Positions 24,880 to 36,449 of a DNA stretch of 64,000 nucleotides are shown here, in pieces (position 1 is the stretch's first letter; each line of letters opens with the position of its first letter). Position numbers and translations under genes: made by a program. A model generated the notes under the pieces. The model saw only the letters and a list, made by a program, of their open reading frames with translations, was not told where the DNA came from and made no database searches. This stretch comes from Raillietiella orientalis (taxonomy: Eukaryota): contig JAYWIR010000041.1 of the NCBI GenBank assembly GCA_036172245.1, forward strand, positions 496,001 to 560,000. The letters run 5' to 3'.

Positions 24880-27150
24880 GGGTTGCATCTAGACGAAGTG
24901 AGGCATCTCCAGCATCCGACAAACTTGCGATATCCACTTGACCCGTGTATTGGGGCACGCAACAGGGAGGGGTGGGGGGGAAAGGACGCCAGCGCTTGAG
25001 AAGAGCTGATAACCGGAGACGCAGGTGCGGAGGAGAATTTTTGGAGGTGGCGCCGCAGCTTCCCACGGACGGGGCGGGAAGATGGGGAAGATCCATTCCG
25101 TGTGGCCTCTTCATCCACCCTATTTATGGGGGAACCCATCGATACACCTGGGTCTTGGAATGCCCCGAGGAAATTTCCAGATCCAAGGACTTTCTGACCG
25201 AGACTTTTGCTTCGCTTCCAGCAGGCCGGCATCTTGCTGGAGCACTGGGAGGAACCCCTGGGAACGGGCAAAAGTCTCCATCCCTCAGCCGGGAGGCTGC
25301 ACCGGGAAACGCGCTCACAGAGGAATGGTGGAAAGCCTTCCTTCCGCACGCTCGCTTCCGAATCGCTGCCCCGAGCTGCATCAAGGACAGATGCGTGGGC
25401 GGGGCGCTGGAAGTTCCCCTCTTCGACCGGGATTTCTTCTCCAGTTTTGACCCCAGTTTGAGGTTCGGTCCCCTTCGACCACTCGGCTTCACACCGAGTG
25501 CAATCGGTAGGTCGCTGGTGGTACCGCCACCGCATTCCAAGTCTCCCTGCTGAAGGCGGCGCGCCTCCTCCCCCATCTCCGGCTCCTGATTTCTCTTGCC
25601 TTCTCCTCAGCCCTCGTGGTAGTTCCCCCTGACCCGAGTTCCCTTCCTGGCCACCAAGCAATCTACAATTGAGTGATGAGGAGCAGGGCGGCCGCGACCG
25701 ACCGCTCAGCTTCGACCTTCTCCCTACGTTCAGATGTGACGCGTCCCTGCGGGGAGAGCGACAGTTCAGGAAGCCTGGGAACTGGGGGGACTTGAGTCCC
25801 TCTACGGCATCATTGCCGCGGCAACCAGCGGCCCTAGCAGACCTTCAGCCTGATGCGAGGATCCTTCTGCCCTCTGGAGTCCCGTGCTCGGGCAGGGGAT
25901 GCGCCCCCTCCCCGAGGACGTCTGCAGGCTCCCGCCCTCCCGCCCTACGCCGGCCCTTTCCCGTCGTCGTCACCGCGTCATCGTGCAGCCGATCCCTCCC
26001 TCCCTTTCCCCCAGTCCCTCCCGAGAGGCCACAGGTACAGCGCCATCGAGGGGACCCTCCCTCTGAGGGGGCGCCACTTCCAACCTGAAGCTGCTCTCCA
26101 GCGCGGAGGAGGAGCGGAATCTCGACGGGCGGTCAGTTTTCGATCCGGCGCGGCGATCCCTTCCCTGCACCCGAGACCCTCCCCTTACCGGGAGGCTACC
26201 TCTAGTGCTTCTCGCGTGAGGGTCGAGCCTCAGGGGCGCCGGAGAGGAGAAGTCACGCCTCGACGATCAGCGCGTCGCCCAGAGCAACCCGACTTCACCC
26301 TAACGGGCAGCACGGAGGTTCCACCACGTTCAGCCTCTGCGGCTGCCGATTCTTCTCCTTCAGCCGTTTCCTGCCGCCGAGGGCGTCTTTCCTGCCGGCG
26401 GCGGCTTCCGTCTTGGAACCTGCGAAGCAGCCAGCCAGAGCGCCGGGGTGAAACCCGACCCTGCTGCTTAAGCGCCCCGGGAGAGGGTAGCGGCTTACTC
26501 CTTCTTCCTTTGTGGGAGAGAAGCCTCCCGCATGTCCCTAGACAAATGATCTGTGTAGCACGCTGGAAGTGGTCGCCATTGTTACTGAGCTCTAGCAAGT
26601 GAACGTGACGACTCCATTGTGGCTGCTTCTTGAGGGAATTCCATCCTAAAGTGCTGCAGAGGCCCTGCGAGAGGGGAGAGCCGCTGATGTCACGTGCTCC
26701 CGCGCGGAGCGAGCACGCTGCTCGCAAAGATGCGCACGCTGCTCGGAGCACCTGCTTTCATCGAGGTGATTCGCGGAGCGCAGACGGCTGCACGAAGGTG
26801 GCTGGCGGCGCAGACGTCCGTCCAGCTTTCCGTGCTGCAGCCTCATCGAGAGCGTCCGTCGACCACAGGGCCAACAAGGTAAACTTCCTGGATATCCCAG
26901 CTCTGCCTTACCCACTGGGACGACACCTTCCAGGTAGGGACTGCTCCCGAGCGGCGCAGTGTCAGTGCAGTCGCGTGTTGGGCCACTCGAATAGCGCCTC
27001 TCTTCCTGTCTTCTCTTTCTCTCCTCCTCGCCTTCTGCCACCTCTCTTCCTGCCTTGTACCTCGGTGTTCGTGAAGTTCCGGGACAGCATCAGCCGGCTT
27101 GTGCCTCACCTTACTGCAACGCAGAAGCTTTGCGCAGCACATAGGTCAAG
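24880..27150 (-). mobile_element. LINE 5' remnant (ORF1 region + APE)
   Basis: LLGGQEGN (GDFN region) and TTSDLPIALGVKPSGRRGPNLKL (SDH..WKLN-like). The upstream portion is GC-rich. Confidence 0.55.
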
Positions 27151-27599
27151 GCACAGGGTATTAGGATTCTGCATATATGCTTCTTTTGAGGAGGGGGGAA
27201 GAGGAAACGTCGCCATGGTGATTGTTTTTAATCTCCGCTAATAATTAAAAATCGGAGAACACAAAGCGTTCATTCTGCCACGACAACGATGCCCCCTTAA
27301 TAGCGCAGTGGTGGGTAAAGACAAACATAAAGGCTTGACAAGAGATTTCATGTACTAATTATGAAGAGGGCACTCTTCTTAATTAGGCGCATTCTTGTGT
27401 TGGCGTTGCTGCGAACAACCACGGAGACACGTGTTGATGGAGGACTCAAGTTGACGAAAATCGCCAGCGACGTCGTAGTAAAGTAGCCTCTTGAAGGTGG
27501 ACAAGTTTTTTTTTTTTTTTTCCTGGGTAATAAAATGTGGACAAGCCCTGGATTGCCTATCCCTGTAATGATGATCCGGGCACACGAAACCACGACAAA

Positions 27600-29300
27600 T
27601 AGTCGACCATTTTCGCGAGTCTTTGCTTTCTTTCTTGCTTTACCATCTCCTCAAGGAGTCTGAAGCGTTCACGAAGACCCAGGAGAGACTTGAAAAGGAG
27701 GAGGGAGCAAAGCGTCGTCTCTTTGATCTGATGCAGACCCATCCTTTTCCTCCTCCCAAGCATTCGAAGTGTGACCACCTACAGGCTAAACGCTTCCAAG
27801 AGCAAACGAATGCCCAAGCGGTGCCAACTAGCAATCAGCATTCCACAAAATCTTTCCCTAACCTGTCGAAACATACTGCATGGCATTCGTTTTCCCCGTT
27901 TTTTAATCTCTTCCTGCTTTTCTTGTCCCCTTGGAAGCACAAATTGCAGATAAATAAATCACTGAAAACAACACCTTCTTCAGGGACTTCCAGCTGCCCT
28001 AGATTGATTCCGACTTGAAAAACTTGAGGTCTTTCGTAGGTCCGAATGCTTCTTCAAAGAAGGTTTCATCTAGTATTTCCACATTACTCTTACGGTTGTC
28101 GGTAACATGAAGGGCGTCAAGAGAACCGAAGGCGTTTTCTCTTCAAAAAAATTGAAGAAAAAGTGCTTCACCATCCGTTTCTCTTTGATCTTCATCTTGC
28201 ATGTGCAATTTTGAATCAGTTGGAAACGGCAATCTGCCAGCAGCCAGTTCTCTATATTTCCTCACTTCCAAGAACTGCTCGCAAGAACTTAGATGCTGCT
28301 CACATAACCAAGGATGATGCAAGGGAATGTGAGCCACAGATCCATGCATGAGTGCAAAACACCGTTGATCTCCAAGGCGCTCGACTCTCGGTTTTAAAGA
28401 TGATTTCTCGGGCTCGTGATTTCCCTTGGCAACGCGCTCAGTCGGAAACCATCTTTCCCGATGGCATTCCAAAATGAGATTCCATCTCGAGAAGTTGCAA
28501 AAGTGATGACTACAGTGGTCACACTTGTTTAGAGTCCCGGCTGTCTCCTTTTGTCCGATCTCGCTTCCAGATAGCAAAAATCCCCCTGTGCGCGCCATCA
28601 AGCATCAGGGCCTGTGCGGAGTTGTCCGCATTTCTGATCTCGATCGAACCTCTCCGCTGAAACTCGCTGTCATCTGCGGCAATACAAACTTATTGGACTT
28701 TTGTTGACTCCTGCATCTCCGCCTCCTATTAGCTGGACTTCGTTGTGGTCAGCGTTAGAAAAGAGTAGGGTGAAATGCGTTTTTTTCAGTTTCAGTTGTG
28801 ACGTAGATTTCCGGAAGGTCTCTGGCGGAGTCGGGGAAGGTGAAGAAAGAAACCTCTGCATGGTGGACGACTGGGAACCCGTTCTTGGAAAGATGCCTCG
28901 AGGAACTCCGTTCCCAAGTTTTCCTGAGTTTAGTTTGGCGCCGCTGAGTTTTCTTCTCATTTTTCATTCAGGCCACGCAATGGTGGGTGAACACTGCTGC
29001 TGCCTGACGTGCATTGTTTGCATCATGCATTTTCAGAAAAAAAAAGGCAATGTTTTCAGAAAAACACTGCCCTTGCACTGAAACACAGCTTGTGTTTTCC
29101 TTCATCCACATTTCGATCGCATAATCCGAATGGATTAGCTGGTGCAACTCTCCCCTGGCCATAAACTGCATCCAAAAGGCCAGTGTTACCGGCAGACTGA
29201 AAAAGAAAAAAAGGCCTTCGATATCTATTTAAAATAAACGAGAGACCAGAATTCTTTTCTTGAGGTGAAAATGCCGCTTTTGTCAATCATTTCTATCCTT
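27600..29300 (-). pseudogene. Degenerate DUF4116-like repeat array
   Basis: Fragments include WVFVNASDSLRR, LLEEMVKQ, DALHVTDNRKSNVEILDE and EVRKYRELAA. Confidence 0.55.
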
Positions 29301-30074
29301 GAAAGCATTTCATTTATTGGCGAAGTCTGTTTTGCCTGTTTCGTTTTGCTTTCTTCATAGACGATCAATATCAAGAGGGCGCAGTCATCTGCGGTAGGTC
29401 AGCATTTTGTTTTGAGTGCGAAATTATGGTCCCCTTTGCTTCTGAAACACGAAAATGCGCCTGTCATTAAATAACCTACATTTCTTTGAAAAGCCCATCT
29501 TATCTCACTGCCGGGATTACCGGATGTGGGACACAGAACACAGTCCGATAGCATCTTCAAAAGACACTAAAGCGGACCGCCTATGAAATCCCATCACTGT
29601 CAAATTCGATTCCGCCTAGCAAATACGGCGCGACCCCATCCGTACACCCCAATTTGACTCCCCCTATCACCCCTGGGAATTCCACTTTAGATGGCAATTC
29701 ACGTCCAAAATAAAGTGAAACGAAAACCTGCGTCCGTCAATGCCCATCCTGCAGCACGCAAAAATTTCAAACAAACTCCTGAAACCAGAATCCGAATGGA
29801 GATGGTAGCCATGGTAGTTCATCCGTCTCAGAATACACAGGAAAACTCGCTATTTGTTTCGTCTGAAAGCGCCAGCAAGTCATCAGCACTTAATTTATTT
29901 TGCTTCCTAAAGTTCGTTTCATTCCTGTGCCGATCAAAATCCCGCAAGGTCATAATAAATACGTATGCTTGTCATAGACGTTAACATATAAATTTATATA
30001 TAGCTTAATATGCATACATACGTATATATATGTATGCATGTATATATTCTATCCTTTCAAGGATAGAATGAATC

Positions 30075-30705
30075 CAGGAAGCACTCGGAGTCCGTTCCTC
30101 TCACGCCTGGGGAAGGATCCCCGAAAATGGAGATCACCTCCACCCTGATTGTCTCCGAAGGCGAATCCAGAAGGGAATCTCTTTACTTATTCTCTCCGGA
30201 GAGACCCTTGGAGGGGTCCACTCCAGTTTTTCTTCTCCGGAGGGATCCCCCGCAAGGGATCCTCTCCTGTTTTTACTCCTCTGAAGAGAACCCAGAAGGG
30301 ACGCTTCCGAACTTCAGAAGGATGCAGCTTCCCCGAAGGGATGGGCTCGCTTCTCTGCACTCTCTGGGGAGGTGGTGCCGACACACCTACTCCATCAGTC
30401 CGATGAGGAGGGGTCCCCCCTGGAATGGAGGGTCCGCTCCTTCACAACCGTAGGGGAGCTCCCACTCCGTGATTCCTGGAAGGACCCGGAGGTCGACTCC
30501 CATTTGTCCCGGCCCTCATCGTTGGGGGCATCCGGTTTGAACCACTACCAGTGCCGCACCCGGACTGAATGTAGGCCAACCAGCGTCATCTCGTGGGGTG
30601 AATTCGGAACCCCACGACGCACTGCGTCGATTCCTTCGGAGTATTCGAACCCACGGCGCATGGTGCCACGCGCGGAGACCACCGTAACCACACGGCCTCC
30701 AGCGC
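30075..30705 (-). mobile_element. SINE-like element copy 3 (best-preserved tRNA head, 3'-truncated)
   Basis: Minus strand starts GCGCTGGAGGCCGTGTGGTTACGG (A-box-like, reminiscent of tRNA-Ser/Leu GCCGAGTGGTTAAGG). The B-box GGGTTCGAAT is at 30652-30643. Confidence 0.85.
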
Positions 30706-30799
30706 AGGCATACATTACCTATGTATAAATCTGTATATGAAATATGTAACAAACATACGTGTTTATTTTTAGGCTCTTTGAGCCAGATCCACTTTCTTC

Positions 30800-32250
30800 C
30801 AATGGATCCAAGTGGGCACGAGCATAAGTTCGAAGATTTTTATCTCTTCATCTCCGAAAAGATGTTCATCTTCGAACCCGTCTTCGTTCGACTGCTCAGT
30901 AGTCTATACAACTTGCGGCTCGCGATTCCTTCCCGATGGAACCAACGCTCCGTCGCCCTCCAAGTTCTCCCACTTGAACACCGAAATTGGATTCTCTCCT
31001 GATGAGGCATAGAGGAAGCATTCCGAACGACGCCGAAGATCTACTGAGGCTAACCTGATACGGGAACACAGTTGCTGCAGGGAAAGGCACATGCAAAATG
31101 CATAAAGTGGGCTGGCCAATTCCAGATTGATGGATTGTGCGTCCCTTGCTAGTCCGGAAGGCAGGCAGGAATGCCCTCAGCGCGAAAGAATCGACGACAG
31201 AGCAAACCCTTGAGAGCGCAAAGCAGCGAGTCCACGAAACCCATCTCAAGAGGAGACGGAAATAAAGTGTAGTGACGGCAGTGTAGGGACGGTTGTTGAG
31301 GGATGTTTCCTGTTTCCATGGAGATCGCGGGAATTTTGATGCCTGCATGCAGAACAAAGGGCTTTGCGAATTCGAGGAACCATCCATTCCAACCTTCGCG
31401 ATGGCTGGCAGAAACCTCCGATGAATCGAAGCTGCGATCGCTCGCACGAGCATTCAGCCTCAGACTGTACCAACCCGTCCCGCGTAAAATCTTGTTCACG
31501 GTGTCCGACATGCACACCGTGTTGTTTTGAGGTTTGGTCACCTAAGGCGTGCCCTGATCTCTACTTAATCGAGTTCCTTCTGCTCTATCATTCTCAGTGC
31601 TTAATCTCTACGACCCTCTTCTTTTTTTTAACATTTTTATCATCAGGGATTCTCTAATGTTCTTGAACGTTACCAGGAGCGTTTAATCCTCTTTGTGATC
31701 GGGAGCAGCAGCAGCAACACTGGGGCCACGCGATGCACACGTTGTCCCAAATCCACCCTTAGGCAGAGGTACCCTCGTGGAGAATCTGACAGCCACCATC
31801 TGAGCTGGGAGGTCGACGTGCTTCCAATCGCTCTTCCTAAGCACCACTCTGCTTGGGAAGAGAGAATGATGGACGAGGAGAGAGCCGCAGAAGTGCTATA
31901 GGCACTCGAAAGGGACCGCTGATTGCTACCTTAGCTCTCGAAAGGAACTTTCCAAGGTTACATATGAGAGCACGCACACTTATGCAGAACATTGAGAGAA
32001 ATCTTGGATGTCAACTGAGATGGAAATGGGAGACTACTTGCGGAAACAAAAGACAATGAAAGAAACACGTAGCGAACTCACAGGCAAAGGGGTGACTGAA
32101 AGTGCGGAGGTCTTAATGGGGAGGCTACACATAAACACAAAGATCAGCTTCGATTTCCCTCTAATGATGATGATGACAGCCAAGTTCTTGTAGTGTTCCT
32201 CTCCAGTATAGGTCCTAGACCTCAAGGCGCGTTTCATGAGCAGTCCGGAT
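30800..32250 (+). pseudogene. Degenerate DUF4116-like repeat sequence
   Basis: HLKRRRK*SVVTAV*GRLLRDVS (~31242-31310) fits LK.DKEVV..AV.Q.G..L. The remaining matches are weak. Confidence 0.35.
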
Positions 32251-32499
32251 TCAGATCAAGGCCCCTTCCCAGGGACTTGACCGGCTGAAGTGACTGCCGC
32301 CCTTTTCGTAATTTAGTGCAGCCCTTTTTCTCATGAATGCACACCATTAATGATGAGGATTTGTCTTCGGTTTGGTGTGGGCAATCAATAAATGAAAATT
32401 ATGTTTCTTTTTTTTTTTTTACTCTCTTCTTCTTCTTCTTTAGACTCCTCTGATGAAATCCGACCTTTGAATCCAACTGAAATTAGAGTTTCACTTGAT

Positions 32500-35463
32500 C
32501 CAGAACACCGAAGAATTCGATCTTGGTCTTGATGGTCATACCACGAGTCGTTTCACGCCGGCCGCCAAACGAATCTGCTTCTCCTGGTTTCCGCATAATC
32601 TCGGAGATGGCCAAAGGCGGTTTCACCCATCGTGGGTTCATATTTAGAATCGTGGGTTTTGATCTTCCCTGTGGTTTGGACCTCTCGGTTTAGGGATGCC
32701 AGGAAGCACTCGCTTTCCGTTCACAGAGACGGTTCTTAGGCAGCTTTTGGCGTCGCATGGAAACCACTGAGAGCCACCTAGGAATTTCTTACTAGTGAAC
32801 CTCTCCACGCATGACATTCCTTTGTGCATCTCAGGAGCCAATCCTGTCGAAACATTCCCTGTCCTCATTTTCTGGAAACTTCGAAAGCTATAGTGGTGAT
32901 GGGAAGCTTCGATCACTGGTGATCAGTCCGTCACCACTTCTTTTTTCGAAGAGCCGTAGTGGTGATTTGTCCCGGGCGATGAAGTCCCAATACTGAAGTG
33001 CTTAGGGATGTCGTTCAGGTGATGGTTGATTCGCCCCCGCTCTTTAGCCAGGGAGACACCTTTGTGGAATTCTTCTTGCGGCACTAGGACTTGAAACTGA
33101 CCTCGTTTGTGTTGATCCTGCGTGATCCCTGCCAGCATGATGTCAGACGACTTTCGTAAAGTGACCTGGTATCAGCTGGACCTCCGCATCGATCCGCGAT
33201 TTCCCTGATTTCTGTGAGATTTCTCCGCGGTTTCCGTGGTCCCTGCTACGCAGAGTCCATTCGCTGGAAGCAGGTCGGGCTGTCTGTTCTCCTGAGCACC
33301 GTATTTTGGGATGCCTTCGATGTTAGGTGCGAGGAAGAAAGGGAAGGATTTTTGAACTTCAGACCCCTCACCTTTGTAGTGCATCTGAGACTGTGAGCTT
33401 GGCACACACGGAAAGAACAAGCAGTCCGGAAGAGCTCGAAGTTTGCCTTCCGTCCTCAGCCTGCGTAGCCTTTTACGAACCAGTGAAACCAAGAGTGGTC
33501 CATGCCCAAGAGAAGGCATCTCATGCCAATGAGAATCGACCCAAGGTGCACAAGGTAGCAGGAGACGCAAGAAGAAGCTTTTGTCATGAAACCGGCTGCT
33601 CGGAAGAGGATTCTAGAAGGCTTCTCAAAGACTCAGCTGATGAATCTCCATGCTGCATGCTCCCCATTTTGGAGACGAATGGCTGATGAGATCCGTAAAC
33701 TGTATCTTTGGCTTATCAGGAGCCCTGAAGGATTCCAGAGGCAATGGCTAGCTATCCGGGATGGTCAGCAGCGGAGAAACTCTCAGGCAAAAGAGCAGCT
33801 ATTCTCAGGGACGCAAAGCAGGGTGGAACAAGGTGGTTTCCCCAGGAATCGGTGGTTCTGCTATGTCGGGCGGTTTCTTGCTTCCACGATCGATCGTGGA
33901 AAGCAGGAAAGCTGTTGCACTTCCAGCAAACCCTATATGCTTCTTCGGAACTTGGATTCCAGCACTTGCTGGATGTGCGTGAGCGTCGGCAGTAAACCAG
34001 TAATTTGTTTCCTTCTTCCGATTCAGTTCCATGGTTTCCCTCCCGGTCATGGAAATTTCCATTCGACAGATCCGCCGAATCAGGAATTTCCACTCTCAGA
34101 GGCTCCGTGGGACTGCCGATGCTAATTTGCACTTTGCATTCGGTGCCGAACCTAGATGTCGTGGCTGCAAAGAGAGTTCCATCTCGCGGGATACGAATTG
34201 ATTTTTAATTGCTGGCGCTGGAGAGATCAGGTCTCTTTCCGGTTTGCGATTCACTGCGAAGACGTTCTTCGGAAATTTGCAGCGGGTGGATCAATTCGAA
34301 AGGGGGGCAGCACAAGCTGGTGCTTTCGTCCTTCCGGGATGCTGGCCTGGTTGTAACGGTCTGCTGTGCCGCTCTTGAGTTCTTACCCAAGAAACAGAAG
34401 CGAGACCAAGGGTGTCCTCGTTTTGGGGAGCGCGAGCGATCTAAGACGATCTGGTACTTGGTTTATTACGTGCTTGAGGGCATCCTGAGAGTTCTGGAAT
34501 CATCTCCCAGGCAATCTCTTTCCTAGAAGGAACTTCAGTGCCTAGCATTTCGGCGCCCTCCCTTCGGCATCGGATATTTCTCGAAGGAGGTCTCGCTTAT
34601 CAAGTGATCCCAAGAAAACCAATCCGCCATATTAAGGAGCTCACTTGCTTCCCGTGAATCCCTATCACGGTCTCCAGGAAACCATCTGCCATCGAACGGA
34701 GCGCTCAGAAGGGTGGACTTTTCCGCCTCCCTAGGAGAGAAGAACGAGAGGAGAAACGCCATTGGATGGTGCTACCCTCTCACTCCGTTGTTCCTGGGAT
34801 ATTTTTCACCGGACTAACGGGAGGTGGTGAGTGGAGGGGGTGCACAGGCATAAGATGTGATGATTACCTCTGTTCTATCCCTGAGGGTTGTTGAAGATCG
34901 CCCAAGTGGCCCAGGTGGCCTTTCTCAATGTCTTTCTGGTCATAGGATTCGAGCACCTCGAGCCGTGGATGACTCTTCCCGTGGGCATCGAGGAAGATCG
35001 CAGTTGCCTGCGTGTCCTGATGAAGATTTTCATGGATGTCGAGCAGGTTGCATGTTGGCTCCTCTGGCGCGAATGGTGGCTCTCGGATTCCCCGAGAGGC
35101 CGTGCCTGCCTGAGGGTCGAAGGGAATGGCATCCCTTCAGTGGGAAGGTGGTAGGAAGTCTGTGGTGCATCTACCCACTCCTTGCACGTATCCAGTGGTT
35201 TTCAGATCACACCTGCCTTGGCTGGATCCTGTGCCCGTTGATGTGGTGCCCGCAAGAAACGGCTTGCTTAGAACATCCAGAAAGCGGTTGGCATGGAAAA
35301 CGTCTTTGAACGCGCATCCTCGGCTACTGCGCGGGGAATTCGACTCCTCCGCCAGGATGAAAAACCACTCCAGGTCAGGACGAAACCGGAGATTTGCAGC
35401 GACACGACGGGTGCGAGAGGATCATAGGAGACTGGGCATAGGTCCGAAGGACTAGTCGAACCA
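32500..35463 (-). mobile_element. LINE 5' remnant (putative ORF1, APE, linker)
   Basis: HPASAGIQV (GVAI-like) and PSLGHGPLLVSL (SDH.PL.V.L) appear in the expected order. The 5' boundary is uncertain. Confidence 0.5.
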
Positions 35464-35559
35464 TTGCCACCGAAATTTTCCTGAGGATAGTTGGCTCTTG
35501 CCGAAGCGGAAGGAAAGAAGGAACGAACGAAGGAATGAGCGAGCGATTGGAGAGAGGTC

Positions 35560-36430
35560 TGTGTGCCAAAGTGACCTCAGTCCATTCTGAACCTTTGGGT
35601 GGACGAGGAGCCTTGGGCTGCTTGCACGTAGAGGCTCAGACAGTCGGACCCACACGAGCACGGTGAAGTCATTCTGATAAACAGAACTGGAGCTGTGGGA
35701 TGCACGAGACGCCGGGGGATTGGTTGGTTGCCATGGACAGCAGGACGGTGACAACCGTGGAAGTTGGTATCCTCCAAGAAGCGCCGCCAGCGTCTCGCTG
35801 GCCGGAGCAACCGGCTCTGGAGGCGATGGCGAGTCGAACCGCCTAGACAGAGCCGTTCCCGTTTTCCGGCACCGTGTCGCCAGGAGTTTCCCTCAAAAGG
35901 CATGGGCGAGCCGGAGACCTTGGGCTGGGATCCTCCGGGAGGCTTATTCGTTGGCGCGGGACATCACGACGGCAACAAGCACTCCGGTAAGATCCTGGAA
36001 GCACAATGTAGAGGCAGATTCCATGGCAACGGCCTCTGGACGTGGTCGGTTCAGCCAATCCTTAGCAGGAACGGGAAGGCGACAAGCGGAAGCCGGGTGG
36101 TTAGGTCACCCGGCTTCTGCTTGTCGGGAGGGGGGAAGGTAGTACTTTTCTCCATGGAGGGGAGCAGGGTGAGTGAGTGCTCGACGGCCCTTGCACTCGG
36201 CGGCGGCGGAGGAGCAAGTGCGACAAGGACTGGGAATCTAAGGGAGAGTGGGTTGCCTCCTATTCTCCCTGGCGACTCCGGTGAGGGCGGTCCGGGGATC
36301 GGTTTCCATGGAGAAGGGAAACGGGGAAGAGGAAAAGATGCTGAAAGAACTTAGGACCCCTGAGCTCTCAGTGGCGCGTGAAGATCGTGGTGGCGCACGC
36401 CATCAGGAGGGACATTTGCCGAGGTCATAT
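35560..36430 (-). mobile_element. LINE RT remnant (family B)
   Basis: SVYQNDFTVLV (YADD region). 36180-36430 is a diverged homolog of 38300-38560. Confidence 0.6.
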
Positions 36431-36449
36431 TCCGGGTCAGGATGGGCTC

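Noticed and set aside
27291..27320. TAGCGCAGTGG A-box-like motif
   Set aside because: No downstream B box or cloverleaf.
30999..31040. Hammerhead-like CTGATGAGGC...GCCGAAG
   Set aside because: The core reads GAAG rather than GAAA, stem II has only 3 bp, and I found no stems I/III.
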